From a plasmid, in the sequence record NZ_CP035507.1: a stretch of 64,000 nucleotides of DNA, one strand, 5' to 3'. The notes under the pieces are model-generated. The model made no database searches. It was not told the origin of the DNA and saw only the letters and a list, made by a program, of their open reading frames with translations. Below are positions 57,701 through 64,000 of this stretch, piece after piece. Position numbers and translations under genes: made by a program. The first letter of the stretch is position 1, and every line of letters begins with the position of its first letter.

Positions 57701-58181
57701 TTCGGTCCTGCCCGATCCGGGCGAGGTTCCGGCCGCGAAAACCCTCTACACGGAGGCCTGGCGCGGGCTCTGGCGGATCGTGAACCTGTTCCAGGGCGTG
57801 CGTGGTCTTCATGTCGAGTTCGACGGGCTGGACACGTTGGCCCCACCCGATATGGTGGAACCCGTCGACCAGGGGGACCAGGGCCCCGGCTTGGCCGCTT
57901 GGGAAGAGGTGCGGGCGCTGTGCGACGACGCGTTCCACCCGTTGATTGACGCGTTGATCGCGGCCGAGGCGCCCGGGCCGGACCACTTCGGGGACGATCT
58001 GGTTGCGGGCGGACGCGTGGTGGGCGCTATGGAATTCGGATGGTCGGATACCCGCGTCGCGGTTGCCGAAACATCCCTTGAGGGGGTCGGCTGGGCGCTG
58101 ATCCCGTTTGATCCGGAAACCGATCAGATGGGGGAGACGGTCTCGCGAATTATCACGGCCCTTCAGGAGGCACGGACATGA
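51780..58181 (+). CDS. ~2130-aa DEAD/DEAH-box helicase with C-terminal Cys4 zinc-ribbon (DUF1998-like) modules; candidate DrmA-DrmB fusion
   Basis: Motif I ATGTGSGKTE. Motif II VVDEMHTFDG. Motif VI QRMGRSGRR about 750 aa downstream. Zinc ribbon CPACSHV-x17-CPQCG. Additional clusters CRHCG..C and CPC..CFRC. The track ORF starts at GTG 51753; the first ATG is 51780. Confidence 0.6.
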   Translation: MNPILLARHVQDSLRELVHTTLNSTSPAFEGMVDRFITEPANFLKGPWISVDMPFRQIDGAKEGTWAQPFPEVPLKFAPYQHQTDAFARLSGTAMRSTLVATGTGSGKTESYLWPILDHCRRNKGKPGIKAILIYPMNALATDQARRIADALTRIPSLNGVRAGIYADAEPQNPAHEVTEDSVITHRETMRKNPPDILLTNYKMLDYLLLRGRDKPLWAQNDPETLRFLVVDEMHTFDGAQGADLALLLRRLKYRLNTPEGHLICVGSSATLGSGEEAATDLRQYAETIFGEPFDAGAVVRETRKSPNEVFGDAEYLDRPDPADIHGALRAATEMDQPGAARRLAVCLFPDRTDPDLAFLDTGDPADPAWRIALGDRLVQHHLCQRTLKIIAEHKGPASLEAIAAGLGQVRVLRDWPEADLTALAELVVGLVAWARSGSAESPRPLFNVRLQLWIREMARMVTTLPRLEAGGVRSQIDLFHEMDLERDQLCRALPVVNCNRCGATAHLGRQDARSKSLHADLEQLYQEFFDENGADRIRLIYHESIDRMVPASGAGGQIVKGVLNAETVEFTPADHKDLGPGPASQVWLYNPTDANGRIDRTCPACGQARGLLLFGMRAARLTTGITGTLYTSEQNEESPEAKPRFLMFSDSVQDAAHRAAVAETRNALSVYQKALYGALRSAETGAMSLKEVIEDVPRAQLNDLGPDGFTALFIPKELTWRRRYRELVESGATITDPVFLDHIRIRLGWEYFVDLSYRAHFNHTLELNGMAAADVPTDLLRLSAERLARELRNDLPGAPEFDPALLTRLLAGVTQRMRRQGSVAHPYLESAIANGKGNYGLNWYAAAIQVGVGKTGSLPSPDSRRGLAPIPVTLGAAPTGFEKITRTGPASWYRDWLFRLIGPSDLRYGADPDAIYPLLLRRLEADDIVRRVNGPEGQNRHAWLLVPERVTVSTATIGLCCDLCGRRETGLSENAGVLIGSPCTRIGCDGHLAAVEQADRPALRRALRSDRNHRVVAREHTGILETDERLRIETGFIKSETRWAPNLISATPTLEMGIDIGDLSTLLLSSVPPEEANYVQRMGRSGRRDGNALNIVLANARAHDLQFWEDPTPMLAGQVRPPGVFLAAEEVLLRQVTAYTLDAYVAATKESGDYGKVRDVLKRRASGATEGFPVEWLELVRETGPELADRFLSGLPQEVQDRTDLADRIRSYLTGTDPKSIGWRVGEAFDGAATERARLVEKREEATKELGRLKKRRAELTDEEYERREQDLTRDRTEINRLIRSGIDDVPVIKFLTDKGILPNYAFPEEGVKLTSILSRRNDGATARDEDGLLHVEYSRPASSALSEFAPGQFFYANGRQVQIDRIEIGKEDLARWTFCPACSHVAHRIEGAETRTCPQCGDEMWSDSGSAHDVVQLKSVIAIDSEEKAAIRDGDQRDQRQFDRVLMPFHGPEDIAASWFTSRENGAPFGFEFLPSCTFRDFNFGTKSTLPGPRIAGERRPAQPFRICRHCGSLQGPPRGEDDRGTHPPNCLVMRDEDLLREQWETGVFLMRKFDTEAIRIVIPVVGDADDDDLKSFVAAINLGMRRHFAGKVDHIRSTIFQAQLNGMTTVRSLYLYDSVPGGSGYLRQIAEHPNTMREVVSRAAEALRDCPCNQEPDRNGCFRCVKPYRSQFGPGEPDRDRARQMMEAILEKWDSLTQTETGIDASIRGALVESVLEKRLLRALSGFYGDGALTPQVLPGGRRGFVLRAGRPDAPRLWTIEPQVQIDARFRGLPRKRVDFLLTPVGRSSGLPIVIEMDGIEYHAGTVAQDLLDRMLMIRSGQVRVWTLSWRDLDPEDKGYLNPLSETALGAQMTGPLGRALAHPLLAPHAEAVRTLQTISTLDALRRLLDGDADGDAVIRSVLIRGLVKGGRPIDQLPRQAALSEAGRLFLSGTQAVEQVGVGALDLYLACEKISPTEWAQSVRDLRLLLRSVLPDPGEVPAAKTLYTEAWRGLWRIVNLFQGVRGLHVEFDGLDTLAPPDMVEPVDQGDQGPGLAAWEEVRALCDDAFHPLIDALIAAEAPGPDHFGDDLVAGGRVVGAMEFGWSDTRVAVAETSLEGVGWALIPFDPETDQMGETVSRIITALQEART

Positions 58182-60349
58182 CAGACACAATGACCAAGCG
58201 GGTCTCCTACGACATCGGCTGCATGAAGAGCCTGCGGAAACTGCCGGACCGGGTTGCGCTCCGGTTCATGGACCTGATGACCAAGTATATGTCGGACCCG
58301 TCCGCGAATGGGCTGAACCTGGAAACGGTGGAAGGATCGAGGGACAGCTCGATCAAGTCCATGCGGGTCGACCAGGGGTATCGGGCCATCGCCTTCGAGG
58401 TCGGCCGCGACATCATGTTCGTGCATGTCAACGAGCACGACAAGGCCTACCGCTGGGCGGCAGGGCGCCGGGTCAAGCTCGACCCGGAAACGAACCGGAT
58501 CCGGGTGATTGAGGAGGTGGACGCGGTTGTCGAACCGGTGGCGACGCCGGATACCTACGCTCCTCGCCTCTTCGACGAGGTGACGGATGCAAGGCTGCGC
58601 GCCCTCGGCGTGCCGGAGGAGGAGCTGACGGCCGTTCGTCAGATCCCCACGATCGAGGCGCTGGAAGGCGCGGAGGACCGGTTCGATCCGCTCACCTATC
58701 AGATCCTTTACGCGGTCGCGGCCGGTTATGCGGATGAGGAAATCCAGTCCCTGACCGGGGTCGGCGCGGAACCGGACGCGGAACCGCAGCAGCCCGCCGC
58801 GGAGCTGACCTTCGGAAAGCTGATCGAGACCGAGCAGAGCCGCCAGACCATCTTCATTCCCGAAAGCGAGGAGGAGCTGCGCCGCGTTTTCGAGGAGGGG
58901 CTTGAGGGCTGGCGCGTGTTCCTGCACCCCGAACAGCGCAAGATCGCCTACCGGGACTACAACGGGCCGGTTCTGGTCCGGGGCGGGGCTGGTACCGGCA
59001 AGACTGTCGTCGCGATGCACCGGGCCAAGCACCTTGCAGACCAGATCAAAAACGATCCGACCCGATCCGGCCAGCGGGTCCTTCTGACCACCTTCACGAC
59101 CAGCCTCGCGCATGACATCGAGGCGAACCTCCGGACCCTGTGCCCTGACCATCTGGACGCCCGCCCGCCCCGGATCGAGGTGATCAACCTCGACCGCTGG
59201 GTCTCTCAGTTCCTCAAGCGCAAGAGCTTCGCCCGCGAGGTCGCCTTCTTCGGCGAGGCGCGGGACCGGCTGGACCAGGTGTGGAAGGAGGTCTTCGATG
59301 ATCACGAGCTGCCCGAGGGGCTGTCTGAGCCGTTCGTTCGCGCGGAATGGGCGCAGATCGTCCAGGCGAAGGGGCTGACCGATCAGAAGGGATACCTGAA
59401 GGCGTCCCGGGCCGGCCGGGGCACCCCTCTCGACCGCAAGAAGCGGGCGGTGCTGTGGGACATCTTCGCCGATTACCGGGCCCGGCTGATCAGCGAAGGG
59501 CTCGCGGAGCCTGACGACGCTTACCGCGAGGCGACCGAGATCCTGACCTCCGAAGCGCCGAACCTGCCCTACAGCGCGGTCATCGTCGATGAGGCGCAGG
59601 ACATGGGCGAACAGGCGTTCCGGCTGATCCGCGCGATCATGCCCGAGACCCCGGCGGGGGACCGGAACTCCCTCTTCATCGTGGGCGACGCGCATCAGCG
59701 GATCTATGGGCGGCGGGCCGCCATGTCCGCCTGCGGGATCAACGTGCGCGGCCGCTCGAAGCGCCTCCGCCTGAACTACCGGACCACGCAGGAGATCCGG
59801 GCCTGGGCGGTCTCGGTTCTCGAGGGGGTCAGCGTTGACGATCTTGATGAAGGGACGGATACCCTACGCGGTTATGTCAGCCTCATGCGCGGGGCCGCCC
59901 CCGAGCTGGTCGGGTGCCGGACAGAGGCGGAGGAGCTGGACGGGCTGGTGGCCTGGGTCCGGGCCCTGCCGCCCGACCAGATCCGCCTCTCCGACATCGG
60001 GGTCCTGTGCGCGCGTCGCGCCGACGCGGACCGGGTTCAGGCGGCGCTCCGCGCGGCCGGTATCGAGACGGTGATGCTCCAGTCCGGTGCGGACGACCGG
60101 TCCGTTCCGGGGATTCGGATCACCACGATGCACCGGGCGAAGGGGCTCGAGTTCTTCGCCGTGGCGATCCCCTTCCTGTCCGAGGCGGCCTTCCCGCCAC
60201 CGGGTGCGCTCCGGGCCGCCGTGGATCCGGCAGATAAGGAGGACATTATCATGCAGTACCGGTCCCTCCTGCATGTCGCTGCGACCCGGGCGAAAAAAGC
60301 TCTCCGCATTTCATGGTCGGGGACGCCAACTGGCATTTTCACGGTCTGA
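58178..60349 (+). CDS. RelE/ParE-fold N-terminal domain fused to an SF1 UvrD/Rep-like helicase
   Basis: N-terminus RVDQGYRAIAFEVGRDIMFVHVNEHDKAY (RelE-like). Helicase motifs GGAGTGKT, VIVDEAQD, ITTMHRAKGLEF. ATGA overlap with the upstream gene. Confidence 0.6.
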   Translation: MTDTMTKRVSYDIGCMKSLRKLPDRVALRFMDLMTKYMSDPSANGLNLETVEGSRDSSIKSMRVDQGYRAIAFEVGRDIMFVHVNEHDKAYRWAAGRRVKLDPETNRIRVIEEVDAVVEPVATPDTYAPRLFDEVTDARLRALGVPEEELTAVRQIPTIEALEGAEDRFDPLTYQILYAVAAGYADEEIQSLTGVGAEPDAEPQQPAAELTFGKLIETEQSRQTIFIPESEEELRRVFEEGLEGWRVFLHPEQRKIAYRDYNGPVLVRGGAGTGKTVVAMHRAKHLADQIKNDPTRSGQRVLLTTFTTSLAHDIEANLRTLCPDHLDARPPRIEVINLDRWVSQFLKRKSFAREVAFFGEARDRLDQVWKEVFDDHELPEGLSEPFVRAEWAQIVQAKGLTDQKGYLKASRAGRGTPLDRKKRAVLWDIFADYRARLISEGLAEPDDAYREATEILTSEAPNLPYSAVIVDEAQDMGEQAFRLIRAIMPETPAGDRNSLFIVGDAHQRIYGRRAAMSACGINVRGRSKRLRLNYRTTQEIRAWAVSVLEGVSVDDLDEGTDTLRGYVSLMRGAAPELVGCRTEAEELDGLVAWVRALPPDQIRLSDIGVLCARRADADRVQAALRAAGIETVMLQSGADDRSVPGIRITTMHRAKGLEFFAVAIPFLSEAAFPPPGALRAAVDPADKEDIIMQYRSLLHVAATRAKKALRISWSGTPTGIFTV

Positions 60350-60368
60350 TGATTGTAGCGGTTTTATC

Positions 60369-61469
60369 TCAAACCATGAGCCAATACCGCGTATGGCGCC
60401 GCTCCCCGGTACGGCTAAGCGCGCCCATCTCCACCAGGTCCTGCAGGTCCCGCGTTGTGGTGGCGCGTGACGTGCCGGTTATGGCGATGTAGTTCTCGGC
60501 GCTGAGGCCGCCTTTGAACCCGTCGGGCCCCTCGCGGAACATGCGCTCAATCACCTTGGCTTGTCGCTCGTTCAGTCGATCACGGAACTGGTCGTAGAAC
60601 TTCGCCTTGGCGATGAAGAACGCGACCCGTGTCAGCGTTACCTGCTGCGCCTTCAGAACGATCTCGGCGAACCAGATCAGCCAGCCGGTTACGTCCAGCG
60701 TCTTCTGGTGGGTTTCGAGCTGGTCGTAGTAGGCTTTCCGGTCCCGTTCGATCGTATAGGCCAGCGCGATTAGGCTCGGCTGGCCGATGTTCTGCGCAAG
60801 GGACTTTTCCGCCAAGGCGCGGCCGAGGCGACCATTGCCGTCCTCGAAGGGATGGATGCTTTCGAACCAGAGGTGCCCAAGCGCCGCGCGGGTTAGTGCT
60901 GGCAGGGGCGTTGTGCCGTCTGGCGCCGTTCGGTTGAACCAGTCGACGAACACGTCCATCTCGCCCTGGACCTGCGCGGAGGGCGGCGCCTCGAAATGCA
61001 CCGTCGGCCGGTCGATGCGACCGGAGACGATCTGCATCGCGTCGGCATGTCGCCGGTAGGCCCCGATGGTTTCGAGCCCGCGGTCATGTGCCAGGAGCAT
61101 CCCGTGCCATCGGCTGAGGGTCTCGTGGGTCAGAGGCGCGCCGTAGGTCGAGTAGACGTCGACCATCATCTCTGCGACGCCCTGTTCCTTGGGCTTCGAT
61201 GGCGCACCGTCAGTGATCAGACCGAATTGCCGCCGGAGGGAGGATTGCACACTGCCCCTGTCTAGCACCTCGCCTTCGATGGCGCTTGTCCGCATCGCCT
61301 CTTCACTCAGAAGTTCGATGCGCAGGCGGTCGCGTTCATTGCCGGTCACATGGCGGACGGCGCCGAGAATCTCGCCGGATGACAGTAGGAACCGCCGCTC
61401 GAGAGGTTCGATGGCAGCGCTGTCATAGACGAAATTCGGCCAGTCGGGTTGATTCCAGTTCCAGCGCAT
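60369..61469 (-). CDS. Fic-family protein with N-terminal DUF4172-like domain
   Basis: Fic motif HPFEDGNGRLGR. N-terminus MRWNWNQPDWPNF. Confidence 0.8.
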   Translation of the reverse strand: MRWNWNQPDWPNFVYDSAAIEPLERRFLLSSGEILGAVRHVTGNERDRLRIELLSEEAMRTSAIEGEVLDRGSVQSSLRRQFGLITDGAPSKPKEQGVAEMMVDVYSTYGAPLTHETLSRWHGMLLAHDRGLETIGAYRRHADAMQIVSGRIDRPTVHFEAPPSAQVQGEMDVFVDWFNRTAPDGTTPLPALTRAALGHLWFESIHPFEDGNGRLGRALAEKSLAQNIGQPSLIALAYTIERDRKAYYDQLETHQKTLDVTGWLIWFAEIVLKAQQVTLTRVAFFIAKAKFYDQFRDRLNERQAKVIERMFREGPDGFKGGLSAENYIAITGTSRATTTRDLQDLVEMGALSRTGERRHTRYWLMV

Positions 61470-61583
61470 GAGCTATAGGATCCATTTCTATAACTCACAA
61501 TAATGGCGACTCATGATGCATGAAAGCGAATTCTATGCATCATCCCGAGCGCTGGCGTTTAACCAGCGGGGCGTCTCCCCGCT

Positions 61584-61754
61584 TCAGGCGGCCTGTACCA
61601 TGGGCTCGTAGCGGACCTCGGCCATGGCCTCGTTGATCCATGCCGGTTGGAGGTCGCCGTTGTTCCACTGGTAAAGATAGCCCACAAGGGCGTCGGTCTT
61701 CTTGCAGAGGATGCGCATGATGGGTTCGCCTGTCAGGCGGGCTGTGTTGGACAT
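61584..61754 (-). CDS. small ORF (56 aa) upstream of and co-oriented with fic; not in the supplied ORF track
   Basis: SD GAGGAG 6 nt before ATG. Followed by the hairpin agcgggg-agac-ccccgct. Product MSNTARLTGEPIMRILCKKTDALVGYLYQWNNGDLQPAWINEAMAEVRYEPMVQAA. Confidence 0.35.
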   Translation of the reverse strand: MSNTARLTGEPIMRILCKKTDALVGYLYQWNNGDLQPAWINEAMAEVRYEPMVQAA

Positions 61755-61911
61755 AATCTGCTCCTCTACCTGGACCTCTGCACCGGGAAAAAGGAGGCCA
61801 CTCTATCCTTGGCAGGGTTGTTAATGACTGGTTTCTGCAACTGCAAGATGAACAGGTGCTTTCGGGAAAATTGTGATCGGATGCTTGTCGGAAACGCGCC
61901 TAAACAATGGG

Positions 61912-62559
61912 TTAGACTTCGTCATCTCCGTGCGGCACCGCAGCATAGGCGGCGATCTCGCTCAGGATAGCGTCGATCTCGGCCCAGACTCGGGGCTCCA
62001 ACTGCCCGCGGATCAGGGTCCATTTGCTCATCACGTTGAGCGGGTCGTGGGCGCGCAGGAGGGTGGTCACAGTGGCGTCATCGACTGCCAGCGAGGTTCG
62101 TGCACGCCATTCGGTGATCCGCGTGCGCCGCTCCTCGGCGGGAGGGATGAAGTCGGGCCCGAGCTCCCAGTTCTTCACTGCACGGCGCAGGGCGGCGCGG
62201 ATGACATGGGCCGGATCGACGCCGCAGTCGATCAGGGCTTCCTCCTGCCGTTCCAGCGCGTTCACCCGGATGTCGATCTTGCGCGTCGCCGGAATTCGGC
62301 GTGGGCGGATGGGAGATACCATGGCAGCGGATGCTGCACGCCCGGCTGTCTCCTGGCTGGGCTGAGAAGCGGGCGCAGGCTGCGTACTTGGCGGCGAAAC
62401 AGCGTGACTGTCCAAGACCACAGGCTCGACGTTTGCAGGTTCTGCCTTCGTCTCAGTTCGCAGAACCTTTTCCCTTCCCGAGTCTTCTCCCACCTCTGGA
62501 CGCAGGGATGCAGCATAAGCCGGGTCGGGCCGTGTGATGGTCGGGATCTTCTTCCTCAC
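61912..62559 (-). CDS. ribbon-helix-helix (ParG/CopG-like) partition partner with a Pro/Ser/Ala-rich N-terminal tail; GTG start assumed
   Basis: C-terminal IDIRVNALERQEEALIDCGVDPAHVIRAALRRAV (RHH-like). Directly downstream of parA. SD gaggacgggg before GTG. Confidence 0.45.
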   Translation of the reverse strand: MRKKIPTITRPDPAYAASLRPEVGEDSGREKVLRTETKAEPANVEPVVLDSHAVSPPSTQPAPASQPSQETAGRAASAAMVSPIRPRRIPATRKIDIRVNALERQEEALIDCGVDPAHVIRAALRRAVKNWELGPDFIPPAEERRTRITEWRARTSLAVDDATVTTLLRAHDPLNVMSKWTLIRGQLEPRVWAEIDAILSEIAAYAAVPHGDDEV

Positions 62560-62569
62560 AACCCCGTCC

Positions 62570-63289
62570 TCACGCGGCCAGGATGTTGTTGAGGATGTCG
62601 GTCGCCTCTTCGAGGGCCTCCACCACATGGCGCACATGGGGGCGCATGAGGGGGTTCGGATCGGCCTGCTTTTGCAAGGCCACAGCGTGCAGGAGGCCCT
62701 TCTCGTCCATCTCCTTGTAGACGTTCCGCCGCATCATCACCGTCTCGACTACCGGAAACCGCGCGATCGCCGCCTCAATGAGGGTAGCATCGGCACGGGT
62801 GGTCTTGGGGTCGACCATGTTCAGGACCACGTGGTGGCGGGGCAGGCTGTCGGGGTCATCGACGCGGGCGCGGAGCTTCTCGAACCAGTCGGCGGTCTGC
62901 GCGCCGACATCGAGATCCGAAGTCGAGAGCATCACAGGCGTCACGATGTGATCGGCCAGAATGGCGATCCCGTCCGACCACTCAGCCCCGACGCCGGCCG
63001 TGTCGATGAAGATGAAATCGGCCGATCCCGCCGCATAGACCTGCTCGATCCGGCGATCCACGGCCCCCACGCTTTCGACGGTTGCCGAGCGCAGGAGCGG
63101 TGATCCCAGCCCCGCGGCTTCAGCCCGCTTGTGCCAGGTGCCAAGCACGCCGGTGCTGTCGGTATCGATCAGAAGGACGCGACGGCCAGCGGCAACAGCA
63201 GCGCTGATCAGGGCGCGCGAGAGCGTGGTCTTGCCACTCCCCCCTTTCCGGGCCATCGCGGCGATCACCACGAGATTGTCGTTCGGCAT
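62570..63289 (-). CDS. parA: small ParA/MinD-family partition ATPase (type Ib)
   Basis: Walker A KGGSGKTT. 239 aa. Confidence 0.8.
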   Translation of the reverse strand: MPNDNLVVIAAMARKGGSGKTTLSRALISAAVAAGRRVLLIDTDSTGVLGTWHKRAEAAGLGSPLLRSATVESVGAVDRRIEQVYAAGSADFIFIDTAGVGAEWSDGIAILADHIVTPVMLSTSDLDVGAQTADWFEKLRARVDDPDSLPRHHVVLNMVDPKTTRADATLIEAAIARFPVVETVMMRRNVYKEMDEKGLLHAVALQKQADPNPLMRPHVRHVVEALEEATDILNNILAA

Positions 63290-63439
63290 GGGGGCGGACC
63301 TCTCACAAGAATAGTGAAACGCAGCAAAGATGTTTCATCGTCGCTAACCCCCGCGCGCGACGGCGTCAAGCAGAAGACGGGATGCGGGCTGCCTCAGGCG
63401 GAATGCGGGGTCCATGGTGCATCGCGCAGGGAGCGAAAA

Positions 63440-63720
63440 GCACCACGCTCGTGACACCTGACGTTCTCCCGTCCGCGCGATGCGGTCCCCAGATGACGCG
63501 CGACATGCCACATCGGCCATAGTGCGCGACGCAGGAAGCGTGACGCATACCGCACGGGACGTGGACCATCGGGCACCACGCGCGATGCGGGCAGCACGGG
63601 CCATCTGACACTTGCCAGAAGCCGTGCTGCAGGGCGCGCAAGACGCAGTCCAAAGGACGCGATGCGCGGTGCAGGCAACGCGGGACGCGTTGCATTGAGC
63701 GCCTTGCGCGCTGCATTTGC
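63440..63720. repeat. array of degenerate GCGCGA(T/C)GC-type repeats upstream of parA (candidate centromere or iteron region)
   Basis: At least six copies of cgcgcgatgcgg, gcgcgacatgcc, gcgcgacgcagg, gcgcgatgcggg, gcgcgatgcgcgg within ~280 bp. No credible CDS. Confidence 0.35.
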
Positions 63721-63764
63721 CAAAGGACGTCAAATCGGCCCGAGAGGCCGATTTTCTACATTGA

Positions 63765-63817
63765 GTACAAGCCCTTGGTGCCTTCTCCGCTTGTGCTGGG
63801 AGAAGGCGGGCTTGTAC
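63765..63817. repeat. long hairpin / possible IS terminal inverted repeat (gtacaagccc...gggcttgtac with inner ccttctcc/ggagaagg)
   Basis: Nested 10-bp and 8-bp inverted repeats. Immediately upstream of a transposase-like ORF. Confidence 0.35.
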
Positions 63818-63850
63818 GAAGTTGGCAAGAAATAGGAACGTATACTTCAC

Positions 63851-64000
63851 ATGGGTAGCACCCGCCGACTGACCGATCAGGAGCGCCGTCAGATCGTCCG
63901 GGAACGGGCGAAAGGCGTCTCAGTCAGTGCGATCAGTGCAGCGCTGAAGGTCTCCCCGAAGACCGTCTACAACGTGCTGAGCCGGGGTCGTTCCGCCGTC
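63851..64000 (+). mobile_element. 5' end of an IS transposase gene (HTH N-terminus; IS630/Tc1-like by resemblance), truncated by the window end
   Basis: MGSTRRLTDQERRQIVRERAKGVSVSAISAALKVSPKTVYNVLSRG is a typical transposase N-terminal HTH. Confidence 0.45.

Noticed and set aside
63344-63850. 168-aa minus-strand ORF upstream of parA
   Set aside because: Coincides with the GCGCGAYGC repeat array. Cys/Arg/Ala composition. More likely non-coding centromere or iteron DNA.
1-64000. Searched for tRNA, rRNA and CRISPR arrays
   Set aside because: No cloverleaf-compatible tRNA-like segments and no regularly spaced short repeats with spacers were recognised. None reported.

Overview
This 64-kb window is high-GC DNA that looks like part of an alphaproteobacterial (Rhodobacterales-type) repABC plasmid or conjugative element. 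No tRNA, rRNA or CRISPR array was recognised.

Layout in window order:
- 0.1-3.7 kb: a repA/repB/repC replication-partition cassette. It has a terminator-defined antisense RNA candidate in the repB-repC spacer and repeated CAGCTGTTAAGTC palindromic parS-like sites.
- 3.8-6.5 kb: a ParB-like nuclease-domain protein.
- 6.5-24.7 kb: a heavy-metal resistance cargo region (rhodanese+chrBA; rcnR-MFS; His-rich protein; hupE; DUF411; copZ; DUF305; cueR; copA; VIT; SAM-MTase). It is bracketed and internally partitioned by two pairs of ~0.5-kb direct repeats. R1 is a structured leader plus a conserved 54-aa ORF. R2 is the 5' half and leader of duplicated H-NS-like genes. A GST fragment is truncated at one R2 boundary.
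- 24.8-41.6 kb: a conjugative-plasmid 'leading-region'-style gene set (ssb, DUF932, radC, Xre/RES toxin-antitoxin, strawberry-notch-like MTase-helicase, Toprim, DUF2493). It also carries an araC-esterase cargo pair.
- 42.0-61.5 kb: the most interesting locus. A WYL/BrxR-like regulator is followed by a tightly coupled operon of SNF2 helicase, a 1650-aa N6-adenine MTase, an HExxH metallopeptidase, a 2.1-kaa DEAD-helicase/Zn-ribbon protein and a RelE-fold-UvrD helicase fusion. I interpret this as an atypical DISARM class-1-like anti-phage system.
- 61.5-64 kb: a second Fic gene, a small ParA/RHH partition pair, and the start of an IS element.

Many long antisense or alternative-frame ORFs in the track are GC-frame artefacts. 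Coordinates for hairpins and repeats that I read from the sequence text are approximate (about ±2 nt).
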